Assembly (NCBI GenBank): GCA_004431415.1
Contig: QPMI01000400.1
Span: 124,001-188,000, forward strand
DNA: 64,000 nucleotides
Reading direction: 5' to 3'
Source of the DNA: Cyanophora paradoxa CCMP329
Lineage: Eukaryota > Plantae > Glaucophyta
In this document: piece after piece, positions 13,001 through 25,600 of the stretch
How the letters are laid out: the number at the start of each line of letters is the position of its first letter
Position numbering within the stretch: position 1 is the stretch's first letter
The notes under the pieces: generated by a model
Told to the model about the DNA's origin: nothing
The model's database searches: none
Seen by the model: only the letters and a program-made list of their open reading frames with translations
Translations under genes and position numbers: made by a program

Positions 13001-16000
13001 ATGGAATTGTCGCAGCAGAGCTTGCGGCTCGCACCGCTACGCGAGCAGGACGCGCCGGGCTCCGTGAAAGCTGGCGGGACCATAGCGCGGCAAGCGCAGA
13101 GCGCGAAGATCGCACGCAGTACGAGGCACCGCGCGAGGAGGAGGAGGTTGGAGCACCTCGAGCTCGCGCTGGCGGCGCTGGCGGTGCTAGCCGTGGCAGC
13201 GGTCTCGTGGGGCGGGGCGACGGCGGCAGCAGCGCGGCTGCCGGTGGGCGACGTGCTCGTCGTGCGCTCCGGCGAGCTGCTCGAGTGGGATTACGGCCCG
13301 TGTCCCTGCATCTGGAGGTGCGAGCGCCGCCCGCCGTGCTCCCGCCGCGCCTCGCGCGACGCGGGTGCAGCTTCTTCGTGCGGGCGGAGTACGGGCGGGT
13401 CTCGCTGCGGGTGCTGGAGCTGGAGGAGGGCCCCGGGGGCGGCGCGGAGGCGGGGCGGGAGGTGGCGGGGGTGGAGGTGGTGGAGCACGCGGCGCCCCTC
13501 GCCTCGGCCGACTTCGCCCTCGCGCCCGTCGCCCCGGGCCGCCGCATGCGCGCCCGCCTCGCCTGCCTCTCCCAGTACGCCGCCGCCGCCCGCCTCTTCA
13601 TCCACGTCGCCCCCGCCGGTGCCCCCGCGCGCCCGGCCCCCGCTCGCGCCCCGTCCAACCCACCGGCGGGCGCCGGCAGAGGTGCGGGAGGTGGAGGTGT
13701 CCCCCGGCGGCTCCCTGCTGCTCGCGCGCCTCCTGCCCCCGGCCCCGCTCCCCTCCGAGCCGCCCCCGCCGCACGCCGCCGGCCCCGCCGCGGTCGAGGC
13801 GGGGGCGGGGGCGCCTCTGCGGTGTGCCCGTGCTGGTTCGCGGCGAGCGTGGCGGCGGAGGGCGGCCCCGCCGACCTCCGCCTCTACCTCCTCCCCGAGG
13901 CCGACGCGGGGCTGCACGCCGCCCCGCGGGGGCGCCGTACCCCCCCGGGGAGCTGCACGGGGTGCGGGGCGGGGAGCTGGCGGGCCCCGCGCGCCTCGTG
14001 CTCGTGACGGGCGAGGAGCGGCCCGTGCGCGCCTCCCTCGCCCTCGCCCTCCACGCCGCCCGTGCGCCCCGCCCCGCCCCGCCCCGCCCCGCCCCGCCCC
14101 GCCCCCGCCCCGCCCCGCCCCCGCCCCGGGCGCGATGTGAGGGCGGGGCAGGGGCGCCGGTGGTGTGGGCCTCCTCGATGGGGCAGACGGGGGCGACCTG
14201 GCGGGCCTCTTCGGGCCCACCTCGGCGCCCCGGGGGACCCGCTGCGGGCCTGGGTCGCCGGCCGCGAGTGCGGCGAGGCGCGCGTCGTGCTCGCCCAGTA
14301 CGGCGCGTGGTGCAGCGTGGCGCCGGGGGCCGGCCACTCGCACCCCGTCGTGCTCGAGACCCCCGCCGGCTCCTCGGCGGCCTCCGGCGCCCGCAAGTTC
14401 ACGTGCGCCCGCCCACCCGCCCCCGCTCCGCCCCCGCCCTCACGCGCCCCGCCCCGCAGGTACCAGGGCGCGCCCACCCCCTTTCCCACGCCGCCGAGCC
14501 AGCGCCGCCCGTGACTCCCGCGGGCAGCGCCGCACATCGAGTCGGTCTCATCCGTGTCGGAGGCGGGGGGGCGGGTAACGATCCGGGGGGCCAACTTCGG
14601 CCCGCTGGGGACGCCCGTCACGGTGCTGGTGGGCGGCCAGGCGTGCCGCGCCGCCGCCGTCACCGTGCCCCACGCGGAGGCGGAGTGCGAGGCGCCGCCC
14701 GGGGAGGCCGGCAGGGCGCCCCTGCCCCTCGTCCTCACCGCCGCCGGCCTCTTCAACGCCCCCTCCGCCGCCGCCGCCCTCCGCTACGAGGCGGAGGGGG
14801 GCGAGGGGGGCGGGGGGCGGCTCCTCCCCGGGGGGCCCGGGGCCTGGGCCGTCCTCCTCGCCGAGGGCGCCCGGACTCCGCCCGCCTCCGCGTGCGCCCG
14901 CGCCTGCGCCCCCGCCCTCCCTCCCCCCCTGAGAGGGCGGGGGCGGCAGGGCGCGCTGGGCGGCTGCGGGCTGGACGCTCCTCGTGGTGGCCGCCCCCGG
15001 AGCGGCCCCGCGGGGCCTGGGAGGCGGCCCTGCGGCCCTTCCCCGGCGCCCGCTTCCTGAGCCTCGCGGCGCAGGCGGCGCTGCCCTTCGAGACGGCCCG
15101 CCAGCTGCCGCCGCGGGCGGGGCGCCCCGCCGCATGCTCGGCTACCTCGTCGCGCTGGAGGCCGGCGCCCGCCTCCTCGCCGACCTCAGCCTCGACGGGC
15201 CCTCGGCGCCGGCCCTCGCCGGCCCCTTCCTCGACCCCGCCCACCGCGCCCCGCTCCTCCTCCCCTGCGCCGCCTCGGAGGCCCTCCCCGCCCGCCCCGC
15301 CGCCTGCGCCCCGCACCCGCCGTCCGCCCTCGAGGCGCACCCCCCGCCGCCCCTCTCCGCCCTCCGCGCCGAGGCGCCCCACGGGACGAGGAGCCCGGGC
15401 CGCGGGCGGCGTGGCAGGCGGCGGCGCCTGCGGAGTGCCTGCCGCGGGGCCCGGCGTACGCCCCGCGGGGCGCCCTGGTGCTCGCGGGGCCGGACGGGCT
15501 CTTCGCGCGGGAGGCCGCCTGGGCCCTCTTCCTGCCCCTCGCCCCCGGCGCCGCCGGCGGGACCGCGCGGCCCGCTCCCTGCGGGCCCTCTGGGCGCAGC
15601 GCCTCGCCTGGCTCGCCCCCAACGCCTCCTCCCTCCTCCTCCGCCCCGCCCCCGCCGCCTCGGACCCGGAGCCGGCGGGGCGTGGCCCGAGGCGGCGCGG
15701 GCGTACGGGGCGGCGCTGGTGAAGGCGCGGGTGGAGGTGCGGGACGGGGCGGGGCTCGACGGGGCGGCGGAGGCGCTGCGGGAGGGGCTGCTGGAGTCGG
15801 GGGCCTGGGACCAGTGGGACGCCCTCCTGCTCGACGCCTGGCTCGCCGACGCCCGCGCCCTCCGCCTCCCCTTCCCCCCCGCCGCCCCGCCCCCGCCCCC
15901 CCCCCCCCCCCGCCCCCGGAGCCCGGGCCGTACGTCTCGTTCGTGGTGGTGGCGCGCAACGACGACTACGGCGGGGACCTCGCGCGGCGCTTCCAGGTCG

Positions 16001-16895
16001 CCCTCGCCGCCCTCGGGCACGCCGCCCACGCCGCCGGCATGCACGCCGAGCTGCTCGTCGTGGAGTGGAACCCGCCCGAGGGGCGGCCCCGGGTCGCCGA
16101 GGAGTTCGTCTGGCCCCTCACCCCGCGCCTCGCCGTCGCCGTTGCCGCCGTCCCGTCCGGCGTCCACGCCGCCCTCCCCAACAGCGACCGCATCCCCCTC
16201 TTCGAGTGGATCGGGAAGAACGTCGGGGCGCGGCGGGCCCGGGGCGAGTTCGTGGCGGTGACGAACCAGGACGTCCTCCTCTCCCCCGCCCTCGCCGCCT
16301 TCCTCGGCGCCCGCCGCCTCGACCCCTCCCGCTTCTACCTCTCCCGCCGCTACAACCTCGCCCCCGCCCTCCACCCCGAGCTCCCGCCCCCCGCGGCGCT
16401 CGCCGTCGCCGCCGCCTTCGCGCAGACGGCGCTCCTCTTCGACCCGCCCGAGTGGAGCCGGGGCTTCGAGCCCGGGGCGGCGGGGCCCGGGGTGAGGGAG
16501 CCGGAGGAACTGCTGCTCGACAACCCCGGGGACCTCCTCCTCATGCACCGCGACGCCTGGGCCGCCACTCGCGGCTACCCCGAGGCGCCCCCGCCCCCGC
16601 CCCGCCCCCGGGCCCTCCCCCCACCCCCGCGCTCAGGGGGCCGCTGCGGCAGGTGGCGACGTCGGGGTACGTGGACTACGTGCTGCCGCGGGCGGCGGCG
16701 GGGCGGGGCCTCCGCTTCGCCCTCTTCGACGCCCCCGCCGCCCTCTTCCACCAGCAGCACGCCAAGGAGCACGTCACCCGCCCCGGCACCCGCCCCGAGG
16801 AGCTCCCCGCCGAGAACCCCCCCGCCTGGGGCATGGCCGGCGAGCCCCGCATCGCCACCTGCACCATCCTCCCGCCCCCTCTGGGCACCCCCTAG
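13001..16895 (+). CDS. Large type-II membrane glycosyltransferase-like fusion: IPT/TIG + STELLO(DUF288)-like + GT-A domain
   Basis: TM segment LALAALAVLAVAAVSW. IPT motif GGRVTIRGANFG..VTVLVGGQAC..ECEAPPG. STELLO-like FLSLAAQAALPF..RRMLGYLVALEAGA, WAQRLAW and DALLLDAWLADARALRLPFP. GT-A motifs YVSFVVVARNDDYGG, ELLVVEWNPP and KNVGARRARGEFVAVTNQD. Several apparent homopolymer indels. Confidence 0.65.
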
Positions 16896-17824
16896 CCGGG
16901 GCCCGGCCCTCATCGTCAGCGCCCTAGCCTGTCAGCCGCGGGCTACAGCCGCTCAGTGCACGCGGCCGCACGCTTGTCACAGTGTCGTTGACGTTCATGA
17001 TCACATCGCGCGCGCACGTGCCGTTCGCAATCGATATCGCATCTTGGCATCAGCCGGTCTAGATCTCGATCAGGCCCGCCTGGCAGAGGCCCGGGCTGCC
17101 ACGAGTCTCAAAGGCTCTTGCCAAAGTTGATCGATATCTAGATCTAGCTATAGGTTCTCAAGGCTTTAAGCGGCTCAGCGGCTTGGCGCTGCACTGCGCG
17201 GCAGCCGCTGAGCCTGCGCATGCCGGCAGCGTTGTTGCAGCTGCTGCCCGGTGTCCCCAGAGTCCTGGCACCGTCAGGCCCGGCTGAGGCCCGAGGGCCC
17301 CGAAACTTGAAGCCTTGAAGCTCCGAGGCTCATTTCACGTCTTCTGAGCCTCAACTTGCCAGGCTTCATGGCATTCTCAGTTTTCTTTTCACAGCGTTTT
17401 TCGTTCATTTCGTTTGCATTCCTTTCAAGTTCATGATCACCACATGAAATGTCATGGTCACTGAATCAGTGACTCCAAATCATTGCGAAGGCTCTGCTAC
17501 TGCCGGGCTGCGACTGTCACGGATACAGATGCCATGATGCCGCGGTGTCTTCGCTGCTGACTCGGTGATCTGCGGCGTCGACGTCTAACGGCTCAGATGA
17601 TCATGATCAGCTGGAGCAGCTGCCAGGCCGTAGCCCTAGCAGCCGAAAGCCACCCCTCGGGGCCTTCGCCACTGCTGCAAAGCTGAGGGTGCCACGGTGC
17701 TCGGACTCCCGAAATTTAGCTTGAAAGAAGCGTAGCTGTTTATTGTTTTTGGTTTGGGCGCTTCCAGTGCCTTGAGGTCTTCGGAAGAGGGGGGTCGAGG
17801 AGGGTGCGGGCGCCGCGCCGGCGC

Positions 17825-20800
17825 TCAGGCGTCCTCGCTGAGGGCGTCCCAGATGGTGCGGGCCTGCTCGAGGGGCTTGGGCGGCCCGCGCGCCGCCGCC
17901 GCCGTCGCGCTCGCCGAGGGCAGGCTGTACACGTCCTGCACGTCGTCCTCGCCCCACGCCTCCGCCTCTGCCCGCCCCGTCAGCGCGCCCCGCCGAGCCG
18001 GCAGCGCGGGGGGCGGGGGCGGGGCGGGCACCGCGGCGCTTGGGCTTCGGGGGCCGGCGGACGGGGGCGAGGGCCGCCTCCGGGGGCCCCAGCCGCTGGC
18101 ACACCTCCGAGAGCAGGATCCGCGGCCTGCACCCGCCCCCGCCTCGCCTCGGCGCGGCGCGGCGCGGGCGGGGCGGGGCGGGCGGGGCGGGCGGACAGGT
18201 GGGCGGAGGGGTCCGCGACGACGGTCACGACGCGCGACGGCTCGCTGCCCTGCGAGGGGGTGCGCGTCAGCAGGGGGGTGGCGGGCCGGGGCCGGGGGCC
18301 AGGGCGCCTTGGAGGAGGTGGCCATGGCGTAGGCGCGGGCGAGCTCGTGCAGCGTCGCCCGCTCCTCGGGCCCCAGCGGGCCCAGCACGCAGCGCGCCGT
18401 CTGCCCCGGCGCCCGCTCCCGCTCGGAGAGGAGCGCGTGGAGGCGCTTCTCGAGGGCCTCGACGAGCCCCGGGCGGGCCCGCCCCGTGGCCACCAGCTCG
18501 GGGCCGAAGCCGTGCTCGTCGAAGCCCGGGGGCTTGGGGACGACCCCGAGGGCCTCCGCGAGGGCCCGGTTGCGCTCCTCCACCGCCTTCTCCGCCGCGC
18601 ACTCCTCGTCGCAGGCGATCGGCTCCCGCTCGCCGCACGTCGTCTCCCGCTTGACCCGCCCGCACTCGCACCCCGCCGTCACCGGCTCCCGGCACGCCTC
18701 CTCCGCTGCGCCGGCGTGGGCGAGGGCGCGGGGCCGGTGCGCGAGGGCGGGGCGGCGGCGCACGGCACTTCTCGCAGGGGTGGCACGCCGCCCTGCACTT
18801 GTGCCCGCACTCGCGGACCGTGCCGCACGGCAGCCCGCACGAGTTCAGCGTCAGCTTGCCGTCCGCCGCCCCCGCCACGCCTGCGCGTTCGTGAGCCGCG
18901 CTCCGGACGGACGCGGGCGGGGGCGAGCACATGGCGGCGGGTGGCAGGGTCCTGCGCGGCGGAGGGCGGAGGCTTAGAGGAGGCGGCGCTGACGCGGGGG
19001 CGGGTGGGCGCACGGGGGCACTCGTGCTCGCCGCAGCACAGGGGCCGGCCGCAGGGCGCCCCGCACGAGACGACGGCGAGGCTGCAGGCGACGCGGCGGC
19101 GCTGCCCGTGGCCCCCGCGCACGCCCGCTCCACGAACTGCACGCACGGCGGGCACGGCCCCTCGTCTGCCGCCCCCCGGCGTCACCGGCGGGGCGGCGCG
19201 GGGCGGGGCGGGGCCGGGCGGACGGCAAGTGCGCATGCACGGGTGGCCGCACTCGCGCTGGCGGCGGCAGGGCTCCGGGCAGTCGGGGAGCTGCGTGCCG
19301 CACCGCACCGGCGGCCGCAGCGACACCCGCCCGCACGGGCACGAGACCGGCTCCCGAGACACAATGCCGCACTGCGCCGCGTGAGGGGCGGCCGGCGGGC
19401 GCCCCGAGGCCGGCGCGGGCGCGCGGGCGCACCGGGGGACAGTGGCCCGAGTGGCAGAGGAGGTCGCACGAGTGGACGCCGCACTTGAGCTTCTTGCCGC
19501 ACGGCAGCTGGCAGATGTGCAGGCCGTCCCGGTCCCCGCCCTCCCGCACTGGCCCCGCCGCCCCGTCAGCCGCGCGCGCGTCGAGGGCCTCAGGGGCGGT
19601 GCGGGTGGGCGCACGGGCGGGGCAGCACTTGAGGGGGCAGCGGTGCCGCCCGCAGCTCTTCTTCGCCCCGCACGGCTCCTCGCAGAGGGGCACCGCCTCC
19701 CCGCACCGCACCGAGCGCGCCGTCGCCCCGCACCGGCACGCCGTCGGCACGCTCTCCTCGCACGGCGCTGCGTGGGGTCAGAAGGGGGCGGGCGGGCGGG
19801 CGGGCGGGGCGCGCACGGCAGGGCCCGTGGTGGCACGGGGCGGAGCAGGCGTGGCCGCACGGCCTGAGCACCCCGCACGGCTGCCGGCGGCTCAGAGGCG
19901 GGGGGGATCCCGGGCGGGGCGCGCGTCGGAGCGGACCTTGCCGCAGGTGGGGACGGGGTCGAGGCAGGAGGCGCGCGGGGCGGCGAGGAGGGCGGCGAGG
20001 GGCGTCTTCCCGCAGGGGCACGCGGTGATGCGGGCGGGGGCGGCGGGGCAGGGCGCGCAGGGCCCGTCGTGGCACGGGCGCTCGCAGGCGTGGTTCTTGC
20101 AGTCGAGCGCCTGCGCGCGGCGTCCCGTGCTCAGCGCTCGGCTTCTCTCAAGCGTCGGCGTCCAGCGGCACCTTCCCGCACACGGCGCCGCAAGAGAACA
20201 TCGCCGAGCCGGGGGGCCGCCCGGGGTCCATCTCGCTGCACGCCTGCTCGCCCCGCTGCCGCCCGCAGTAGCACGCCGCCGGGACCCGCTCCGGGCACGT
20301 GCCGCAGGGTGCCGGGTGGCAGCTCGCGGTGCAGCGGTGCCGCCGGCACGCGAGCTCGGCCCCGCACGCCTCCCCGCACGACCGCCCGACGTCGACGTCC
20401 GAGCACCTGCCGGCCCCCGCTGCCCTCAGCCGCCCCGCCGCCCGAGGGGAGGGCGCCGGCGGCGGGCGCGCTTGAGGCGGTAGGTGGTGCGGCCGCAGTG
20501 GCAGCTCTTGGCCTTGCCCAGCGCCGCGCACGGCGCGCACGGCCCCGGGTGGCACAGCGCGCTGCACGGGTGCGGGCACTCCGTCCCGGCGCGAAGACGG
20601 CCGCAGAGCTCCCCTGCCGCCCCGGCGGGTGAGCGAGGCGGGGGGGAGGGGCCGGGCCGGGGCGGACCGCAGCTGTGGGGGGCGAGGTAGGGGTTGGGGG
20701 CCGGCTCCAGCGTCTTCCCGCAGAAGCACCTGCCGCCCCGCCGGCCTCCTCGGCGCGGGGCGGGGGGGCGGTGGGCGGGGGCGGGGCCGGGGGCACCGGT

Positions 20801-22151
20801 ACTCGCGGGGCTGGGCGAGGTTGACGAACTGGCACCCGGGGCAGCGCCACGAGTTCTCTGCCCCCGCGCCCCCGCGCCCGTCAGCGGCGCCGAGGCCCCT
20901 CTCGGGGGCGGGGCGCGGGGGCGGACCCTCGTTGGAGGCGCGGGCCCACTTGCGGACGCAGGGGAGGTGGAAGACCTGCCCGCCGCCCCCGTCTCCGCCC
21001 CGCGCTCCAGAGGGCGGGGCCGGCGGGGCGCGCGCACGGCGTAGCAGCACTCGCAGGACCAGGTCGGCGCCGCCCGCCGGATCCCGTCCGTGCACACCAT
21101 GCCTGCCGCCGCCGGAGTGGGTGGGGGCGGGGACAGCAAGGCGGCGGCGGGGGCGCTCACACTCGTACTCGTTGGAACGGAGGAGGTCGACGATCTCGTT
21201 CACGCGGTCGCTGTACTTCTCCAGCTGCACGCCCCGCCACCCCTGCCGCGCCTGGATCTCCGCCGCCGTGTGCGGCCCCCGCCGCCGCCCCGCAGCAGCC
21301 GCCGGGCCCGGCTCCTGCCCCCGCCCGCCCTGCTGCTCGTGCTGCTCCTGCTGCTGTGACTGCGGGCGAGGGGGGCGCCGTTGCTGCTGCTGCTGACGTG
21401 GCCCGCCGCCCTGCTGCTGCTCCTGGCCGTGGCTGAGGCCGCCCCGCCCGCGCCCGCGCCCGCGGCCCCGCCCGCGCCCGCCGTCCGCGAGGCCCGTGTC
21501 CGCCGGCGCCTCTGCGGAGGCGGCGGGCGCTGCGCCGTCGCCGATCGCCTCCGCGGCTGCGAACTGGTGTTGCTGCTGGGGCGGCCGCCGCGGCTGGGCC
21601 ATCCCCCGGCCCCTTCCGCGACCGCGGCCCCCGAGCTGCGCCTCCGATGGGGCGGAGGCGTCGACGGGCGCGACCTGCTCGCTCGGGCCCGCCGCAGAGT
21701 GCTCTGCGCCGGCGGCATGCGGCTGCGGCGGGCGCCGCGGGCCGCGGTGTCCCCTTCCGCGGCCTCGGAGACCGTCTTCAGAGCGCTGCTGCATATCGCT
21801 GCCAGCGCCCGCCTCGTGCTGCGCGCCTGGGTGCGGCTCGTGCGAAGGAACGCCCGCATGCTGCCGATCGCCGTGGCTGCGCTGTCCGCCGCGACCGCGC
21901 CCTCGCCCTCGCCCGCGGCCACCGCGCGATCCGTCGTCGCTCGCGCCAAAGCCGACGTACGCATCGTTCTGAGCGGCCGCGGGTGTCGCGAGAGGCACTA
22001 GTCCGCGTGGCTGCCACTGCTGATATGGTTGTTGCGAGCGCCTGTCATTTGCTCGCGCGCGAGAGCTCTGTGAGGGATCTCCATGCGTCTGCGGGCCTGC
22101 CGAGCCCGCCGATCCTTCCATGCCTTCGTCGATCGGATCTGGGCGCGCCAT
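17825..22151 (-). CDS. NFX1: NF-X1-type zinc finger protein with RING/PHD, repeated NF-X1 fingers and an R3H domain
   Basis: YECMVC..WSC..CYAVFHLPCVRKWA..WRCPGCQ, many CGxHxCxxxCHxGPC repeats, R3H-like EERATLHELARAY, and an RGG-rich N-terminus. Confidence 0.88.
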
Positions 22152-22491
22152 CAGGGACGAGGGGAAACTACAAGTGTGCAGGGATGCGCGATCGGGCGCA
22201 AGCAAAGGGCTCGCACTTCGTAAACCTCAGACTTCACACGAGCCCTGCAGACGTCACGCTCTACCCCCCAACGAAAAAAAGCGTTTCTCCCCCCCTCTGC
22301 TGTGTGTGTCGTGTGGCGTGCTCCCCTCGCAAGCGCTAGCGCATTGGACACGAGATTCCGCGTCTACGATGCCCGCACACGCGGCGAACAAGCATGCGCA
22401 CAGGCGAGAGGCGAGGTGGGAGGGACTCCCGGGGAAGGGGTCGAGGCTATAGCTACGAAGACGACAGTCTCGGTCCGGGGGCTGGTGCGGC

Positions 22492-22569
22492 CTACATGCC
22501 GGGGGGACGGTACTGGGCGGCCTGCTGCTGGGCCTGGGCCTGCTGCTGGGCGGCCGCTGCGGCTTGTTG

Positions 22570-22626
<57 letters not shown>

Positions 22627-25600
22627 TTGTTGCTGCTGCTGCTGCAGCTGTTGCTGCTGGAGCTGTGCATGCTGTTGTTGTTGCTGCTGATGCTGGAGCT
22701 GCATGTGTTGCTGTTGTTGTTGTTGCTGCTGCTGGAGCTGCGGCTGCTGGACATACGCCTGCGGCTGCTGCTGGCCCGGGGCGGCGCCGGGGACGCCCAT
22801 GGGCATGGGGACTCCGGCGGCGTTGCGGGCCACCTGGACGTACTGGGCCTGCATCTGGCCGGCCATCGGGCCCGACCCCTGCCGCATCAGCGCCGCCTGC
22901 TGCCCCCCCGCCGCCTGCTGCTGCTGCTGCTGTATGTAGCCCTGCTGGGGCATCGGTTGCGGGTGGAAGCCCGTGACGTGCGGAGGCGCCTGCTGCTGCG
23001 GCACGCCCGGCTGCGCCTGCGCGTACTGCGGCCGCTGCACCTGCGCGGGCGTGGGCGGGGGCCGGCCGCGGGGCGGGCAGAGCGGGGGCGGGAGGGGAAG
23101 GGAGGGGTGGGGGGGTGGGGTGGATGGGCGGACCTGCTGCGGGGGCCCTGCCATGGGGCGGTACTGCATGGCGCCGATCTGCTGCTGCACCATCTGGCCC
23201 GGCTGGCCCTGCACGGGCCCGCCGGGGCCCACGGGGCCGGCGCCCGGGGGGGCCCCCATCATCATCGGCCGCTGCGGCGGCAGCACGGGCGGCTGCTGCC
23301 CCGGCGGCCCCGGCTGGTAGCCCATCATGGTCGGGGCCGGGGCGTGGGCGAGGGGCGCGGCGGGGACGTGGGCGGGGCCGTAGGGGCCTGGGGCTGGGGC
23401 ATGGGCCCGCCGACGCCGACGAGGCCGACGCGGGGAGGCCGGGCACGCCCTGCGCCCCCGCCTGCAGCCGCTGCTGCGCCTGCATCGCCGCCATCGCCGG
23501 GCTCGTCTGCGCCCCGCGTCACGCGCGCCCCTCCGCCGGGGAGGCGCGGAGGGCGGCGGGCGCGCACGATGTGCGTGGCGCGGGCGACCTGGTACTGCGC
23601 GACCGGGCCGCGGGAGACGGGCGGGAGGAGGCCTGGGGCGCCCCCGGGGGCGCCCCCGGGGAGGGGGCCGGAGATGACGGGGAGGGTCCCCCGATGCGGA
23701 CGGGCACGGTGGCCATCTCGGGGGCGAGCCGAGGGCGCCCATCGGGTTGAGGCCCGCCCCCATCGCCGTTCCCCCGGGCATGCCCTGCCCCGCCTGCCCC
23801 GCCATCGCCGGCTGCGGCGCGAAGGGGCGCGGCTGCGCCACGGGGGGCCCCGGCGCCTGCTGGGGCGGCGGCGAGGCGTCGGCGGGGGCGCCCGAGCCGT
23901 CCGCCCCCGCGCCCCGCCGCTGCCGCTTGACGGCGCTCGCGATGCTGCTCATCTGCCCCCCGGAGTCGTACCCGGTGTCCTCTCCCCGGGTCTGCCGCGG
24001 CCGCTTCTGCGGGGCGGGGGCTCGGGGGTGAGGGGAAAGAGGGCGAGGGGGCCGGGGCGGGGCGGACGAGGGTGACGGAGCCGGAGGTGGCGAAGTGCTC
24101 GTCGCTGTAGTAGTCGGCCATCTCCCGCGGCACCCGCTGCTGCCGCCCGCTGCTGCTCACGCCCCCGATCTTGCCCCCGTGCGCCCCGCCCCGCCCCTCG
24201 TACGCCGCGCCGGCCGCAGCCGGCGCCTCCGAGCCCGAGCGCCGCATCTGCTGCACCTCCGTCTCCTTCTTCTTGTACTGCCGCCTGCCGGCCCGGGCTC
24301 GGCCCTCGACGCGGCGCGCCGCGGGGCTGGGGGCGGGGGGCGGGGCGGTGGGTGGGCGCACTGGGCCTCGACGAGGTTGATGATGTCGGTGCGGAGCAGC
24401 TGCACCTCGTGCGTCACCCGCCGCGTCGCCATGAGGCCCTGCTTGGCTGCTCCCACGCCCCGTCACGCCCCCGCCGGCCCCGCCCGCCGGCGCGCGGCGC
24501 GCGGGGGCGGGGGCGGGCGCACCGAGGCCGAAGATGTAGCCGGCGAGCATCTCGCGCATGCGGACCTCGCCGTCCTGCTTGCCCTGCCCCGCCATTTGGG
24601 GTGCTGCATCAGCGCCGACCGCACCACCGGCTGCTGCGGCGGCGTCGGCGCTGGCCCCGCAGCCGGCGGCGCCCTCGGCACTGGCGGCGCCGTCGCTGCC
24701 GCCCCGACGGCTGGAACCGCCCCGACGGGCACGGCGCCCACCGGGGTGGCCCCCGCCGCCGCTGCCACGGGCCTCGCTGCCGGCCCCGCGGGGCGGCGGC
24801 CGGCGCGCTCGCGCCTGCCGGAGCGGCGGGCACGGGGGGCCCGGGGAGGCAGCGCCGGCGCCGCGGGAGGCGCCGGAGCAGCCGCTGAGGACGGGGCCGG
24901 CGGCGAGGGCGCCGGAGCGGCCGGTGCGCTGCCGCCCGCTGGTGCAGGGGCGGCGGCGGCGGCCGGCGCGTCGGCCGAGGTATCGGCGTCGGCGGGCGCG
25001 GGGGCCGCGGCGGGTGTGGCGCCGGTGGCGGGTGCTGCAGCAGCAGGCGGTGCTGCGCCGTCGGCGGGCGCGGGGGCGGCCGCGGGCGTGGCGGCTCCAG
25101 GGCGGGCGGGGCGGGGGCGGAGGGCTCAGCCGCGGGCGGTGCGGCGGCGGCTGGTGCGGAAGGTGGGAGGGGGACGGGGATGGCGGGGCGGGGGCGTCGG
25201 GGGTCGGGGCGGGGGCGACGGGGGCGGGGCGGCCGGCGCGCGGTCGAAGTACTCGGCGTCGTAGTCGGGGATCGGCAGCGCGGCGGCGGCCGCCAGGCTC
25301 GCCGCCTGGCCCTCGAAGTCGAATATGGGCGCCTGCGGCTCCCGCCTGCGCCGCGGCGGCAGCAGGCTGAGTGCCGCCGGGGCCGCCGGCGACTGCGGGG
25401 TCGGCCCGTCCGGCATCGGCGCCTCGTCCCCCGAAACCCCCTCCATCGACTCGCTCCCATCCGGCTGCGGGCCGCGTCAGACGCTGCGGGGCGGCGCGAG
25501 CGGGTCCGGGGGCACCGAGGCGCGGGGCGGGCGCTTCCTGTGGTGGATGTGCTGCTGGAGCTGCTGCTGCTGCTGCTGCTGCTGCTGCGCCTGGAACTGC

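Noticed and set aside
22254-22939. Poly-Cys, poly-Leu, poly-Ser and poly-Ala ORFs
   Set aside because: Alternative frames and antisense of the DMAP1 CAG/CAA repeat.
4420-24600. Apparent frameshifts in INTS14 (~4430), the GT fusion and DMAP1 (~24595) as programmed frameshifting or pseudogenes
   Set aside because: They fall in homopolymer runs within otherwise conserved genes, so long-read consensus indels are the simpler explanation.
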